Shown here: piece after piece, positions 36,541 to 50,310 of the stretch
Position numbering within the stretch: position 1 is the stretch's first letter
How the letters are laid out: the number at the start of each line of letters is the position of its first letter
The notes under the pieces: model-generated
What the model saw: the letters and a program-made list of their open reading frames with translations, nothing else
Told to the model about the DNA's origin: nothing
Database searches by the model: none
Assembly (NCBI RefSeq): GCF_018350175.1
Contig: NC_058368.1
Location: forward strand, 209,376,001-209,440,000
Reading direction: 5' to 3'
Length of the DNA stretch: 64,000 nt
Origin: Felis catus
Lineage: Eukaryota
Position numbers and translations under genes: made by a program

Positions 36541-39500
36541 TCATTATTATATTTTAATTTATTTATTTTGATGTTTTTAAAAATTTCATTATAGTAACAG
36601 AGAGTGTTAGTTTTGGACATACAATACAGTGATCCAGCAATTCTATACATTACTCAGTGCTCATCGAGACAAATGTACTCTTAATCCCCATCACTTCTTT
36701 TCACCCATCCCCCACCCACCTCCCCTCCGGTAACCATCAGTTTGTTTTATAGTTGAGAGTCTGTTTTTTGGCTTGTCTCTTTTTTTTTCTTTGTTCATTT
36801 GTTTTTCTGAAATTCCACATATGAGTGAAAACATAGGGTATTTGTCTTTCTCTGACTTACTTCACTTAGCATTATACTCTCTAGCTCCATCCATATTGTT
36901 GTAAATGGCAAGATTTTCTTCTTTTTTTATGGCTGAGTAATATTCTACTCTATGTGTGTGTATGTATGTGTGTATATATACACACATCCATTCATCTGTT
37001 GGTGGATATTTCTTTATCCATTCATCTATTGATGGACACTTGGGCTGCTTCCTTAATTTGGCTATTGTAAATAATGCTGCAGTAAACATAGGGGTGCATG
37101 TATCCCTTTGAATTTTTGTATTCTTTGGGTAAATACCTAGTAGTAGAATTATTGGAGCATAGGATAGTTATATTTTTAATTTTTTGAAGAACTTCCATAC
37201 TGTTTTCCACAGTGGCTGCACCAGTTTGCATTCCTACCAGCAGTGTATGAAGGTTCCTTTTTCTCCACATACTTGTCAACACTTGTTATTTTCTGTGTTT
37301 TTTTATTTTAGCCACTCTGACAGGGGTAAGGTGATATCATAATGTGGTTTTGATTTGTACTTGCCTGATGATGAGTGATGTTGAGCATCTTTTCGTGTGT
37401 CTGCTTGCCATCTGTTTCTTTGGAGAAATGTCTGTTCATGTCTTCTGCCCATTTTTTAATTGGATATTTGGTTTATTTGGTATTGAGTTGTGTAAGTTCT
37501 TTACATACTTTGGATACTAACCCTTTATCAGATATGTCATTTGCAAATATCTTCTCCCATTCAGTATGTTATCTTTTAGTTTCGTTGATTGTTTCCTTTG
37601 TTGTGCAGAAGCTTTGTATTTCAATGTAGTCCTAATAGTTTGTTTTTCTTTTTGTTTTCCTTGCCTCAGGAAACATATCTAGAAAAATGTTGCTATGGCT
37701 GATGTCAGAGAAATTATGGCCTGTGCTCTCCTCTAGGATTTTTGTAGTTTCAGGTCTCACATTTGGGTCCTTAATCCATTTTGAGTTTAATTTTTTTGTA
37801 TGGTGTAAGAAAGTGGTTCAGTTTCATTCTTTTGCATGTTGCTGTCCAGTTTTCCCAACACAATTTGTTGAAGAGACTGTCTTTTCCATTGCATATTCTT
37901 TCCCTCTGTGTTGCAGACTAATTGACTATATAATAGTGTGTTTATTTCCAGGCTCCCTATTCTGTTCCCGTGTGCTTTGGGTCTGTTTTTGTACTTGTGC
38001 AAAACAAGTTTAGTGCAGGTTGGTAGTATATCTTGAAATCTGGGATTGTGATACCTCCACTTTTGTTCTCCATACACATTGTGGGGTTATTTGTTCTAGT
38101 TCTGTCTGTGAAAAATGCTGTTGGTATTTTGATAGGGATCGCATTAAATCTATAGATTGCTTTGGGTAATAGGGACATTTTAATGGTATTTGCTCTCCCA
38201 ATCCATGAGCATGGAATATCTTTTCATTTGTTTTTGTCATCTTTAATTTCCTTCATCAGTGTTTTATGGCTTTCAGAGTACATATCTTTCACCTCCTCAG
38301 TTAGGTTTATTCTCAGTTATTTTATTATTTTTGGTGCAATTGTAAATGGGATTATTTTCTTAATTTTTCTTTCTGCTGCTTCATTATTAGTGTATACAAA
38401 TGCAGTGAATTTCTTTATATTGATTTTGTGTCCTGCAACCTTAGTGAATTCAATGATCAGTTTTAGTAGTTTTTGTTGGAGTCTTTAGGGTTTTCTATGT
38501 ATAGGATCAGGTCATCGTGATCCTAATAGTGAAAGTTTTATTTCTTCCTTACCAATCTGGATGCCTTTTATTCCTTTTTCTTGTATGGTTGTGTGGCTAG
38601 GACTTCCAGTACTGTGAAGTGAATTACAGTGGTGAGAGTGGACATCTTGTCTTGCTCTTGATATTAGGTGAAAAGCTCTCAAGTTTTTTACCATTCAGTA
38701 TGATGTTAGCTGTGTGTTTTTCATATATGACCTTTATTATGTTGAGGTATGCTCCCTCTAAATTACCTGCTTTGTTGAAGGTATATATCATGAATAGATG
38801 TACTTTGTCAAATGTTTTTTTCTGCATCTGTTGAAATGATCATACGGTTTTTATCCTTTCTCATGTTGATGTGATGTATCATGTTGATTGATTTGCAAAT
38901 ATTGAACCACACTTGCATACTGCATACTGGAAATAAGTCCCACTTAATCATGGTGAATGATATTTTTTTTTTAATTTTTTTTAATGTTTATTTATTTTTG
39001 AGACAGAGAGAGACAGAGCATGAATGGGGGAGGGGCAGAGAGAGAGGGAGACACAGAATCGGAAGCAGGCTCCAGGCTCTGAGCCATCAGCCCAGAGCCC
39101 GACGCGGGGCTCGAACTCACGAACTGTGAGATCATGACCTGAGCTGAAGTCAGACGCTCAACCGATTGAGCCACCCAGGCGCCCCTGGTGAATGATATTT
39201 TTAACGTATTGTTGGATTTGGTTTGCTGATATTTTGTTTAGGATTTTTTCATTTGTGTTCATCAGAGATAATTGGCCTATAGTTTGCTTTTTTTGTAGTG
39301 TCTTTGTCTGGTTTTGGTATCAAGGTAATGCTGGCCTCATAGAATTAATTTGGAAGCTTTCCTTCCTCTTCTATTTTTTGGAATAGTTTGAGAAGCATAG
39401 ATGTTAACTCTTCTCTACATGTTTGGTTGAATTCAGCTGTGAAGCCGTCTGGTCCTGGACATTTTTTTTGGGAGGTTTTTTGATTATTGATTCAATTTAA

Positions 39501-39732
39501 TTGCTGGTAATTAATCTGTTCAAATTTTCTGGTGGTTCCTGCCTGAGTTTTGGGAGGTTGTTTCTCAGAATTTTTCCCATTTCTTCTAGATTGTCCAATT
39601 TGTTGGCATATAATTGTCTATTATATTCTCTTACAATCCTTTCTATTTCTATGGTATTGGTTGTTATTTGTTATTTCTCCTCTTTCATTTCTGATTTTGT
39701 TTGAGTCTTCTGTTTTTTCTTTTCTTTTTCTT

Positions 39733-39766
<34 letters not shown>

Positions 39767-42700
39767 GTTGGGTCTGGCTAAAGGCTTATCTATTTTGTTG
39801 ATATTTTCAAAGAACCAGCTTCTGGTTTCATTGATCTGTTTTGTTGGTTTTTTAGTTCCTATTTCATTTATCCCTACTCCAATCTTTATTATTTCTTTTC
39901 TTCTACTAGGTTTGGGTTTTGTTTGTTCTCCTTTTTCTAGCTCCTAAGGTTAATTGTTTATTTGAGATTTTTCTTGCTTTTTGAGATAGGCTTGTATTGC
40001 TGTAAACTTTCATCTCGGAATAACTTTTGCTGTATCCCAAAGATTTTTCACCATCGTGTTTTCATTTTCATATATCTCTATGTATTTTTTAATTTCCTCT
40101 TTGATTTCTTGGTTGACTCATTTGTTGTTTGAAAGCATATTATTTAACTTCTATGTATTTATGCTCTTTCCAGATTTTTTCTTGTAGTTTATTTCTAGTT
40201 TCATAACACTGTGGTCAGAAAAGATGCATGGTATAACTTTGATCTTTTTGAATTTAAGACTTCTTTTGTGGCCTAATATGTGATATATCCTGTAGAATGT
40301 TCCATGTGTACTTGAAAAGAATGTGTATTCTGTTTTAGGATGGGATGTTTTGAATATATCTGTTAGATCCATCTGGGTCCAGTGTGTCTTTCAGAGTCAC
40401 TGTTTCTTTGTTGATTTTCTGGTTGGATGATCTATCCACTAAAGTCCCCTACTATTATTGTATTAGTATCAATTACTTCCTTTATGTTTGTTATTAGATG
40501 CTTTATGTATTTGGGTGCTTTTGTGTTGGATGCATAAATATTTACAATTGTTATATCTCCTTCCCTTCCCTTCTTCCTATAAAAGGATTCTTCCCTTTAT
40601 GATTATGTAGTGACCTTCTTTGTCTCTTGTTACAGTACTTTTTTTTTTTTTAACATTTATTCATTTTTGAGACACAGAGACAGAGTGCTAGTTGGGGAGG
40701 GGCAGAGCGAGGTGAGACACAGAATCTGAAGCAGGCTCCAGGCTCTGAGCTGTCATCACAGAGCCTGACGCTGGGCTCGAACCCACAAACCACGAGATCA
40801 TGACCTGAGCCAAAGTCAGATGCTTAACTGACTGAGCCACCCAGATGCCCCTACAGTCTTTTTAAAAAATGTTTATTTATTTATTTTAAGAGAGACAGCA
40901 CGTGAGAAGGAGAGGAGCAGAGAGAAAGAGAGAGAGAGAATTCCAAGCAGGCTCCATGCTGTCAGTACAGAGCCAAACCGGGGCTAACCATGAGATCATG
41001 ACCTGAGCCGAAGTCAGGAGTCAGATGCTTAACTGATTGAGTCACTCAGGTGCTACAATAATCTTTGTTTTAAAGTCTATTTTGTCCAATATAAGTATTG
41101 CTACCCCAGCTTTTTTCTTACTTCCATTTGCATGGTAGATGTTTCTCCATCCCTTCATTTTCAATCCGCTTAGGCCTGAAATGAGTCTCTTATAGTCTCA
41201 TATAGATGGGTCTTGCTTTTTATCCATTCTGTCACCCTATATTTTTTGATTGGAGCATTTAGTCCATTTACATACCAAGTAGTTATTGATAGGTATGTAC
41301 TTATTGCCATTTTGTTAATTGTTTTATGGTTGTGTTTGTACTTTTCTGTTCCTTTCTTCTCTTGCTCTCTTTTCTCATGGTGTGCTAGCTTTCTTTAGTG
41401 ATATACTTGGATTCCTTTCTCCTTGTTTTTTACAAAAGTATTACTGGTTTTTGATTTGTGCTTATCACTTAGTCTGTATATAACATCTTATTCATATAGC
41501 AGTCTATATGAAGTTGATGGTTGCTTAAGTTTGAACCCATTCTTTACCCTTCTCCCCACCCCCAATATTTTAGGTACATTGTGTCATACTTTACATCCTT
41601 CTTTTTGTGAGTTCCTTGAATAATTTTTATACATATATGTATTTTTATTACTTTTGTGTTGCCTGCTTTTCTTACTTGTACTTATGATTTTTTTTGTTTG
41701 TTTCCACTCAAAGAGTCTCGTTTGACATTTCTTATGGGGAGTTTTAGTGGTCATGAATTCTTTTAGCTTTTGCCTAGGAAGCTCTTTATCTCTCCTTCTA
41801 TTGCTAATGATAGCCTTGCTGGATAAAGTATTCTTGGCTGCAGAGTTTTTCTACTTTGAATAGATCATGACACTCCTTTTCTGACCCGAAAATTTTCTGC
41901 TGAAAAATCAGCTGATTGCCTTATGAGGTTTCCCTTGTATGTAACTGTTTTCTTATCTCTTGCTGCTTTTAAAATTCTCTGTCATTTTTTGCCATTTTAA
42001 CTATTCTGTGTCTTGGTGTGGACCTCCTTGGTTGATTTTGTTGGGTTATCTCTGTGCCTACTGGATCTGTATTTGTTTCCCTCCCCAGATTCAGGAAGTT
42101 TTCAGGTATTATTTTCTTGAAATAAAATTTTGGTCCCCTTTTCTCTGTCTTCTCCTTCTGGGATCCCTATAATGAAAATGCTATTATACTTGATGATGTT
42201 GCTGAGACCCTGACACTGGTTTCATTTTGTATTATTTTTTTTCTCTCACCTGTTCAGCTTGATTGCTTTCTATTACTCTGTCCTCCAGGTTGCTGATCCA
42301 TTTCTCTACTTCATCTCGTCTACTATTCATTCCATCCAGTTTATTTTTAATTTCAATTATTGATTTCTCATCTCTGGTTCTTTTTATGTTTTCTATCTCT
42401 TTGTTAAGGGTGTCATTGGTGTCCTTCACTCTTTTTTCAGTGAGTAACTATATGACCATTACTTTAAGTTCTCTATTAAACATATTACTTATGTCTGTTT
42501 TGCTTAGGCCTCTTTCTGCAGTTTTTGTCCTGTTCTTTCATTTGGGACATATTCCTCTGTCTCCTCATTTTGTCTAACTCTCTGTAACTGTTTCTGTGTG
42601 TTAGGAAAGTCATCTATGTCTCCTGCTCTTGCAAGTAGTGGCCTTATGAAGAAGTGGTCCTGTATTGCCCTGCAGTGCAGTGTTCCCTCTTCACCAGAAC

Positions 42701-43555
42701 CTGGCACTTCAGGGTATCTCCTCTGTGTGTCACATGTGCCCTGTTATTGTGGCTGAGCCACTTTTTCCTTCAGTCTGTTGTCTACATTGGCTCTCTTTGC
42801 CTGCTGTGGACAGGGTTTGATTCCTGTGTTGTAAGTGGGCCAGTCTGGGGCTGCCTTGGGCTTGAGTTGAGTCACTCCCAGGTGTTTGCCAGAGATGCAG
42901 TAGCACCGAACAGCAGGGCACGTTCCCTGTCCTGCCCCCTGAGAAGCTTTTTATGTGGGCGGGCCCTGCAGTCAACCGAGATGTCTACCCCACATCCACT
43001 GCTGGTACCACAGTCTGAGTGTTGCGTGTGGTTATTTTTCCTTCTCCCTGGGGCAAGAGTCACTGTGGTGTTGGCTCTTGTTGGGGCTGCTTGTATTGCC
43101 AGGCTTGTGGCAGTTTTGGATGGGCTGTGACCGAGAGCATATCAGTGGGGGTGAGTCCACAGGACAGCTTTGGGGCAGGACGTGTGCCGTTATCATGATT
43201 TGTGTGGGTTTGCCGTTGGAGGACAGCTGGAGTCGAGTCCTGGCTGGAGGGTAAGGGTCCACAGGAAAACATGGGGGTGGGTGCACCGTTAGCATGTTAG
43301 AAAGGGAGTGTCAGTGTTGTGCTAGTTCCCACAGGATTCCCTGTGTCTAGACTGGGGGGGTGGGGGATGGATGGTGCGTGCCAGCTCTTTTGTTCTTGAA
43401 CTCTCCCAAAGATCTTTGCCCCTCCAGCACAGTCTCTGAGATTAGTAAATAAACCTCCCTCCCCTATGCCTCAGGTATTTTTCAAACTGCTGCTTCCATG
43501 CTGTATCCTGCAGGGCTGTTTCTTGTGCTGTCTCTTTAAGGGCAGGGGCTCAGTT
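36541..43555 (-). mobile_element. older near-full-length carnivore L1 (3'UTR, ORF2, ORF1, GC-rich 5'UTR), degenerate, with SINE inserts at about 38962-39185, 40638-40851 and 40860-41054
   Basis: minus-strand ORF fragments: [43 protein letters not shown]1 coiled-coil LDGMNSRRDEVEKWISNLEDR; SINE TSD tggtgaatgatattttt. Confidence 0.9.
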
Positions 43556-43567
43556 CACCTTAGGTTC

Positions 43568-43841
43568 AGAGAAGCACATGCAGTGAATTCCAAGGGAAAC
43601 CAGGCACAAGTTTGCAAGTATCCTCTCCCGGTGCAGTCACAACAGGACACACTTAATTCCTCCAGCAACAGGCTGTGACTGCACATGTGATACAATGTCC
43701 ACCAAGGAAGCTCATTTAGAGACTTAGTTCCCAGAGATTTTCTTTGGGGCTGGTTGGGTAGGCAGCCTCTGCCTGGCACATACCGAATCCAGATTTCCAG
43801 AAGGAAAAGCAGGTGTTCAGTATAAATCACATCGTTTGTAC
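43568..43841. mobile_element. MER21-family LTR fragment
   Basis: ggaaaccaggcacaag...cttaattcctccagcaac...cagaaggaaaagcaggtgttcag. Confidence 0.7.
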
Positions 43842-43955
43842 CTGTGACCCACCTTCCATCTAGGAAGACATTCTCCTCCCATGCTGGGTGATGAGTCTGC
43901 CCCATACCCCTATCTCACATCACCTGGTTTCTTGGACCACTGTCAGTACTACTTG

Positions 43956-44370
43956 TGTCGGTTCGTATCATCTGAGAAGTAGAAGCCAACGTGAGATTAG
44001 ATGTGCAAGACATTTATTGGGAGAAAGCCTGTGAGGAGAAAGGGGGAAAAACACAGAAGTCAGAGGAAGCATCAGACCACATTGTAGCTGTGATCCAACC
44101 CTATGAAGGAGAGAGGGAGGGGGAAGGGGAGAGGGTTGAGTAAGTAGAATCTCAGAGTACAGTGTTGTTCCAGGAAAGTTTCAGCTGGGTCAGTGGTGAG
44201 GTGTCAAGCCAGAGTTGCCCACCAGAGGAGTTCTGTGTCTTGCAGGAATGGGCCGGTCATAACATCCCTGCTGTGCTCAGTCATTAGCTCAGGCCAGCCC
44301 ATGGGAAGTATGGCATGGGCATGAGTTTGAGGCTGGATTCATAAGGGCAGCTGTTTTAAAGTCAGCTCTG
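43956..44370. mobile_element. MLT1-family (MaLR) LTR relic
   Basis: gagattagatgtgcaagacatttattggg...cctgtgaggagaaagggg motif. Confidence 0.6.
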
Positions 44371-44525
44371 TATATAAGTTTTAGAAGTGATTGAGATAAT
44401 CCAGGAATAGATGATGGGTGAAGAAGCCCAAAACAGAACGTTTAATCATTTTTCTTTCTTTCTTTATTTTAGAGAGAGCAAGAGTGGGGAAGAAGGGCAA
44501 AGGGAGAGAGCGAGAGGGAGGGAGG

Positions 44526-44574
<49 letters not shown>

Positions 44575-45409
44575 TGAATGAATCCTGTGCAGGCTCCACG
44601 CTTAGCATCAACCCTGATGGGGGTTCGATCCCACGACCTGGGATCATGACCTGAGCCGAAATCAAGAGTCGGTCTCTCAACCAACTGAGCCACCCAGGTG
44701 TCCCCCAAAAGAGAACCTTTAAAGACATTAAATTGAAGTTGTGAGCAGAGAAGAAAGGAGCCAGCATAGGAAGCTGCACAGTGTTTTCAGAGTTAAAATA
44801 AAATGGCCCAAGTAAGAGAGAGTTTAAAGCAGAAAATAAAAGCCAGTTTATTAAATGTTATAGAGAAGTCCACAGGAGGAAGAGGCTGTTGGTGAGCTCT
44901 GAGATCATTTTCAGTGGATTTCAGGGAACAGGATGGAGCAAACTGATAGAGATCTTAATGTATCCTACTTTTGAGAATGGGCAAAATCTTTCCAAATAGG
45001 GGTGCCTGGCTTGCTCAGTCAGTGATGCATACATACAACTCTTGATCTGAGAGTTATGAGTTCAAGCCCCATTTTGGGTGTAGAGGTCACTTAAAAATAA
45101 ACAAAATATCTTGGGCCACCTAGGTGGCTCAGTTGGTTAATTGTCCAACTCTTGATTTCTGCTCAGGTCATGATATCATGGTTCTGAGTTCGAGTCCCAC
45201 ATGGGGCTCTGTGCTGACAATGGAGAGCCTCCTCCTCTATCTCTCTGCCCCTCCCCTGCTCATACTCGCTCTCTGTCTCTGTCTCTCTCTCAAAAATAAA
45301 TAAGTAAGCATTAAAAAGTCTTTCCATAGAAACAGTATTTAGTTGTGATACTACTTGTATCCATAAAAAATTTAAAATCAAGTGATGTCCTGACTGTGAA
45401 ATTTCTCAG

Positions 45410-45575
45410 AATTCAGCATTCTTCTGGTAGACCAACACAAAGACCTGAGAAGGAGAGAAGAGAAATTCAAATGTGGATGAAAAGAAAACGAAAGGAAAGA
45501 ATGGCAGAATACTTAAATGAGCTGGCGGAAAAGAGAGGGCAAGAACATGATCCTTTCTGCCCCAGGAGCAATCCA
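45410..45575 (+). CDS. CPLANE1: CPLANE1 exon ([55 protein letters not shown])
   Basis: ttctcAG acceptor, CCA|GTAAGT donor; conserved basic segment [10 protein letters not shown]. Confidence 0.96.
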
Positions 45576-46603
45576 GTAAGTTTGTAAAATCAAGGGCAAT
45601 GGAATTGCCACAGAATACGTGTAGTTTTTCCCTGGAAATTAGTCAAGGAAAGGATTAACAGACAGAAAGGATTATTAGAACAGAAATGTTACCATTTTAC
45701 TTAAGTCAGAAAATGTTAAGAAATTACCTTAACAAAATGTAGCAAGGTATTCTACAAACTGTGTCCTCTTGAACTATTTTAAATATTTTGTTTTACCCCA
45801 GGTTAATTATGGCTGTGGCTAATTTGGCCAAATGAAGATGTTGAGTGATTAGGTGACCAGTTGGAGCTATTCCCTTAATTTTCAATGAGAGTTAATAGCA
45901 GTTGAACAACTGACTGTGTGTATAGTAAAGCCATTTTAAAAATCAGTCTTCTGGGGTGCCTGGGTAGCTTGGTCTGTTAAGCATCCAGCTCTTGATTTTG
46001 GCTCAGGTCATGATCTCACGGTTTGTGAGCCCTGTGTTGGGCTCTGCACTGACAGCGTGGAGCCTGCCTGTCCTCTGCTCGATCTCTCTCCCTCTCTCAA
46101 ATAAACTTAAAACAAAGTTATAAAAATCAATTTTCTATCCATAAGTTATCTACAAAAAATAAAGTGTAAGGTCCAGTCACGTACCAAGGGTACAGTGGTG
46201 TGGTGTGTGTATTTGTGTGCGTGTATGTGTGCGTTTCAGCTAGCCTTTATCAACATTTATTTACTGAGCCTTGACTGTGGACATCACCGTTTTCTTCAGA
46301 AGTTGAAATAAAGCAATTTTACTTTATAATCTGAAATATCATAATAGTACTTAATTTTTTCAGCATCATTAGGGAAATAACGTTCTATAAAAGTATATTT
46401 TCCAGATAAGGCTGTCACATTTAAGCACCAAATGGTGCAAAAGTAAGTGAACTATATGAAGTGCATAATTTACTTAACTTATGTCTGCAGAAGTCATGTC
46501 AATGTTAATATATAACATTTCTTCTGTTGATAGTTTTAGGGACCTGGTAATGACCTTCGGGCTACTGAGGTACATGACTAGAATCTTTTTTTTTTTTTTG
46601 CAT

Positions 46604-46606
<3 letters not shown>

Positions 46607-46641
<35 letters not shown>

Positions 46642-46654
46642 GTCTGTCTATCTA
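46607..46654. repeat. (TCTA)n/(TCTG)n repeat in a SINE tail
   Basis: direct read. Confidence 0.9.
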
Positions 46655-47820
46655 TGTATTTAGTTAGAGACAGCATGAGCAGGGGAGGGGCAGAGAGAAA
46701 ATCCCAAGCAGGCTTTATGTTGTCAGCACAGAGCCCGATGTGGAGTTTGGAACTCAACAAACCACAAAATCACAACCTGAGCTGAAACCAGGAGTTGGAC
46801 GTTTAACTGACTGAGCCACCCAGATGCCCCATGACTAGAATCTTAAAGCGCATGTGTTTGTGTGTTCCTCCACCCCATGGGGATGAGTTCTGATATCACC
46901 CTCTCTGTGGATCAAGTAAATACCAAAGATAGTTAGAATTGTGCCCAAATTTAGAGTAAATTAACTCTGAGGGCACTGGGACTGCTTGGTTCATAGACTT
47001 TGTGACCTCTCCATCATGACTGCAGACACCTATTTCTTTATTTTTAGCTTCTATTTAGGTTAAGGTATGGGATTAGTGAGGGGTTAATATAATTAAAAAT
47101 GTCATTTGAATTTATATCAGAAATTAATAAGACCTTTAATTTGTTACTGACTACTTCCATGCAGGACCTACAGAGAGTGAATCCACCTCTATGTACACAT
47201 TTTTATATACACAATTGTTTGTAAAAGGACTAGACTTCATTAGTAACTCAACAGTAATTCTTAATGTTCTGGAATAAGATGTATGTAGCTGACATTTGCC
47301 AATTGCTTCATGATGCATAAGTTTTGAAGAGCTTACAAGTCACAGTGAACGTACTACAGTAGGTTTCTGGTAAACATTTTAAAACATCAAAATGATGGCT
47401 TTCAAGGTCTGACTCCTTTCTGCTTTATCAAGCAAGGTCTTTGTGAGATTAATCACAAGACTGAGCATGAAGAGTATGTGTCTCCATCCTTAAAATGCTC
47501 TTGTTTTCAATTTTAAATGCAGCAGATAATGTATTTTCTCAAAAGGAGAGAACTTTAATTTAGCTACTAAAATAGATTTTGCATTCCACGTATTACACCA
47601 GATTTTGATTACATGATGCTTTAACATTTTTCACATTCTGTGCTGGGATAGGAAGCTTCATCAAATAGGACAGTGTTTTTGCACTGTTTCCTAAATAGCA
47701 AAAATATGTTTTAACCTCCTATTAAAATTGATTAGTGGAATTTTCATGTTTTCCGTGGATCATAATGGCTTAATTATTTGCACTCAGCAATAATGAACTA
47801 ACTGGGTATTTGTTATGCAG

Positions 47821-47879
47821 TTTTACATGACTTCAAGAGAAATCAGGCTAAGAGCGAAGATGAAGGATGAAAAAGACAG
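47821..47879 (+). CDS. CPLANE1: CPLANE1 59-nt exon (FYMTSREIRLRAKMKDEKD)
   Basis: atgcAG acceptor, CAG|GTGAGC donor, phase 0/2. Confidence 0.93.
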
Positions 47880-48332
47880 GTGAGCTGGCTAGCGGTGCAC
47901 GAGTGTTTTCTCTAACTTGCTCACCCGAGGCCTGGACAGTGTCATAGGAATTCCAGTTTTCGCAGTAGTCCCTGTTTGTCCATAAACAGAAAATTATGGG
48001 TGATAACTCCAGGGAAAATAATTAGACTCCACTAGCCTTTTTCAGGAATCTGCTTTCAAATATTATTTATCCCATTGAATTTTTGTGACTTCCATTCCTG
48101 CCATTCTCTCCCTCTCCCAATCCAGATATGTGCATTTTGAAAATACCCAAAAGGCCATACAGATACCTTTACTAACACTACCTAAGGGTTTTAAGAAATC
48201 TGAAATATGAATTTGCATTTGAAAAGCTTTGAAAAACACAAATGCTAGGTGATCTCAAACATCATGTTCCCTCCAGAAGAATGAACTGAAAATTAATCTT
48301 TTATTAAATATTGTTTAATTCTTTGTTTGAAG

Positions 48333-48500
48333 ATTGCTACTCTCTGACCACTATAATCGTCGAATCTCACAAGCGTACAGTCTGATGAATGAATTGTTAT
48401 CTGAATCAGTACAACTACCAACTACTGCACAGAAACCATTGCTTAACAGACCCAGAACTGCTCACGTTTCCAGACAGCAATGTTCTCTTTCTCCAAGAAG
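48333..48500 (+). CDS. CPLANE1: CPLANE1 exon ([29 protein letters not shown]...SPR)
   Basis: ttgaAG acceptor, AAG|GTAAGA donor, 168 nt, phase 2/2. Confidence 0.95.
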
Positions 48501-49276
48501 GTAAGACAAACTTTGGCAAGTCATTCAACGTGATTATGTCATGTCAGGCATTATAAGAAGAAACTCAGTGCTTTTGTAAACCAAGTTCTGTATATTTGTA
48601 CCTACCCTGCTCAGAAAAATGATAATCAAGTAAAGAAAAAAATGGTCCTATAATTACGAGGTCTTTATAAGCTTATAGAAAGAATCACCAAGGAAAAAGA
48701 CAAAAATGGCATTAAATCTCTAAGATATAATAACACTTCAGCATACCTAATACAATTTTGATATCCATTCAGTTATTTCCTTCTTTTCTGTAATTTTTAA
48801 TATTTCCTTCTGTAATTTGCCTCCTAATTGCTCTCCTGTTTCTCCACTTGGCCCCATTCTTGCAGAAGCAGTCCCCAAAAGCTTATCACTTCTTCTCTGC
48901 TGTCTCTTACAGCACAAACCCAGGCCTAATCATGTCACTTGTGGTGTAGGATTTGGGGTCTACTCAAAATACCAGAGACTCCCTTGAAAAATTTTCTTGA
49001 ATAAAACAGGGTATTAAATACATAAATAGCTGCCAATAAGCAATTTGAAATGGACAAACGGATAAGCAGAAATAACTTCTTTGAAAAAAAAATGAAGCTT
49101 GAGGTATGAGACATGGAGAATATTTTGTTGAGAACTGTTATAACACGAAATGTATCACTGAAGTACAGAATAAGCAATGTCAGGTGAATGTATTAATCTG
49201 AGCTAGAATTTGGGCTTTTTGAAATATAGTGATTTGGGATTTAAGGAACATAATAATTATATAATTTCTACTTTAG

Positions 49277-49401
49277 AGAATATCAACATGGTCACAGTAT
49301 TCCAATAAATCAACCTGGAAAATTCAGATATATATTCAGACCAAGTTGTACCCGAAAGGGAAAAGCTTTTGGACAACCTGAAGGCCGTCCTTGGCCACAT
49401 G
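49277..49401 (+). CDS. CPLANE1: CPLANE1 exon ([15 protein letters not shown]...[11 protein letters not shown])
   Basis: ctttAG acceptor, ATG|GTAAGG donor, phase 2/1. Confidence 0.93.
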
Positions 49402-50310
49402 GTAAGGTATTTTAAATTTTGTATAATTTTGTATTCCTTGGAGGAATAGGTCCTTGTCTCCAAAGTTGGTTTTCATTAGTAAAAGCTATAAATCTTCATG
49501 AAAAGCAATTCTTATTTCAGTAGAATGCAAGGGATTGATAAACACTTATCTGTGCTGGGATTTTGTTCTATTGCTTTGAAATAGGAAGACCCCAGGAATC
49601 TTACTAAACACATGGCTTTTTTTATAATAGAATCTGATCAGTCAGTATTTTAGATATGACTCATTTGGGAATTTGTTTCTTTTGTGTCTCTGGCTAAACA
49701 TGTAGGCATTTTTACAAATCTAGTTCTGACAGATATCGGGATGGGTTAGATAGATATCAGGATATCACAGAAGAGGAACACTAAGAGGCTCATATCGAAA
49801 TATCATGTTTTTACCCTTTGAACGTTTGAAGATATAATATCTGTTATTTATTGCTAGCCTCCCTTCAGTTAATTTTTCCATTTTTGGGCTTTGATTACCA
49901 GAGTAAAACATACTTATTTTGTGAAATGATTACACATTAAAAATGTATAATTATAGCTAATATGTAGTATAAATGCACACAGCTACAAATGTATAATAAA
50001 CCAATGTGCCAGATTTATTTACAACCCTGTGAGACAGGTACTATTTATTATGTTCCCATTTTAAAGATGAGAAAACCCAGGCAGAGAAAATTGAAATAAC
50101 TGCCTCAGATCAGACAGCTAGGAAGTAGCAGAGCTGGGATTTAAACCTCGTCTGGGTCTGGAGCCTACATACTTAGAACGTATGCTTCATTATGCTGTCT
50201 CAGTTTAGAAAACTGAAATTTCCATAAATTCTAATCCTTTCAATAAAACTTAATAGTTTGGTTAACTCTTGCTCTTGATTAACAAGTTATGGTAAGAAAA
50301 TGCTACGCTT

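Larger units (their letters stand above)
44455..46830. mobile_element. SINEs around exon 45410: 44455-44706(-), 44999-45100(+), 45113-45317(+), 45953-46110(+), 46585-46830(-)
   Basis: SINE heads and tails; TSD atgactagaatctt around the last copy. Confidence 0.8.
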
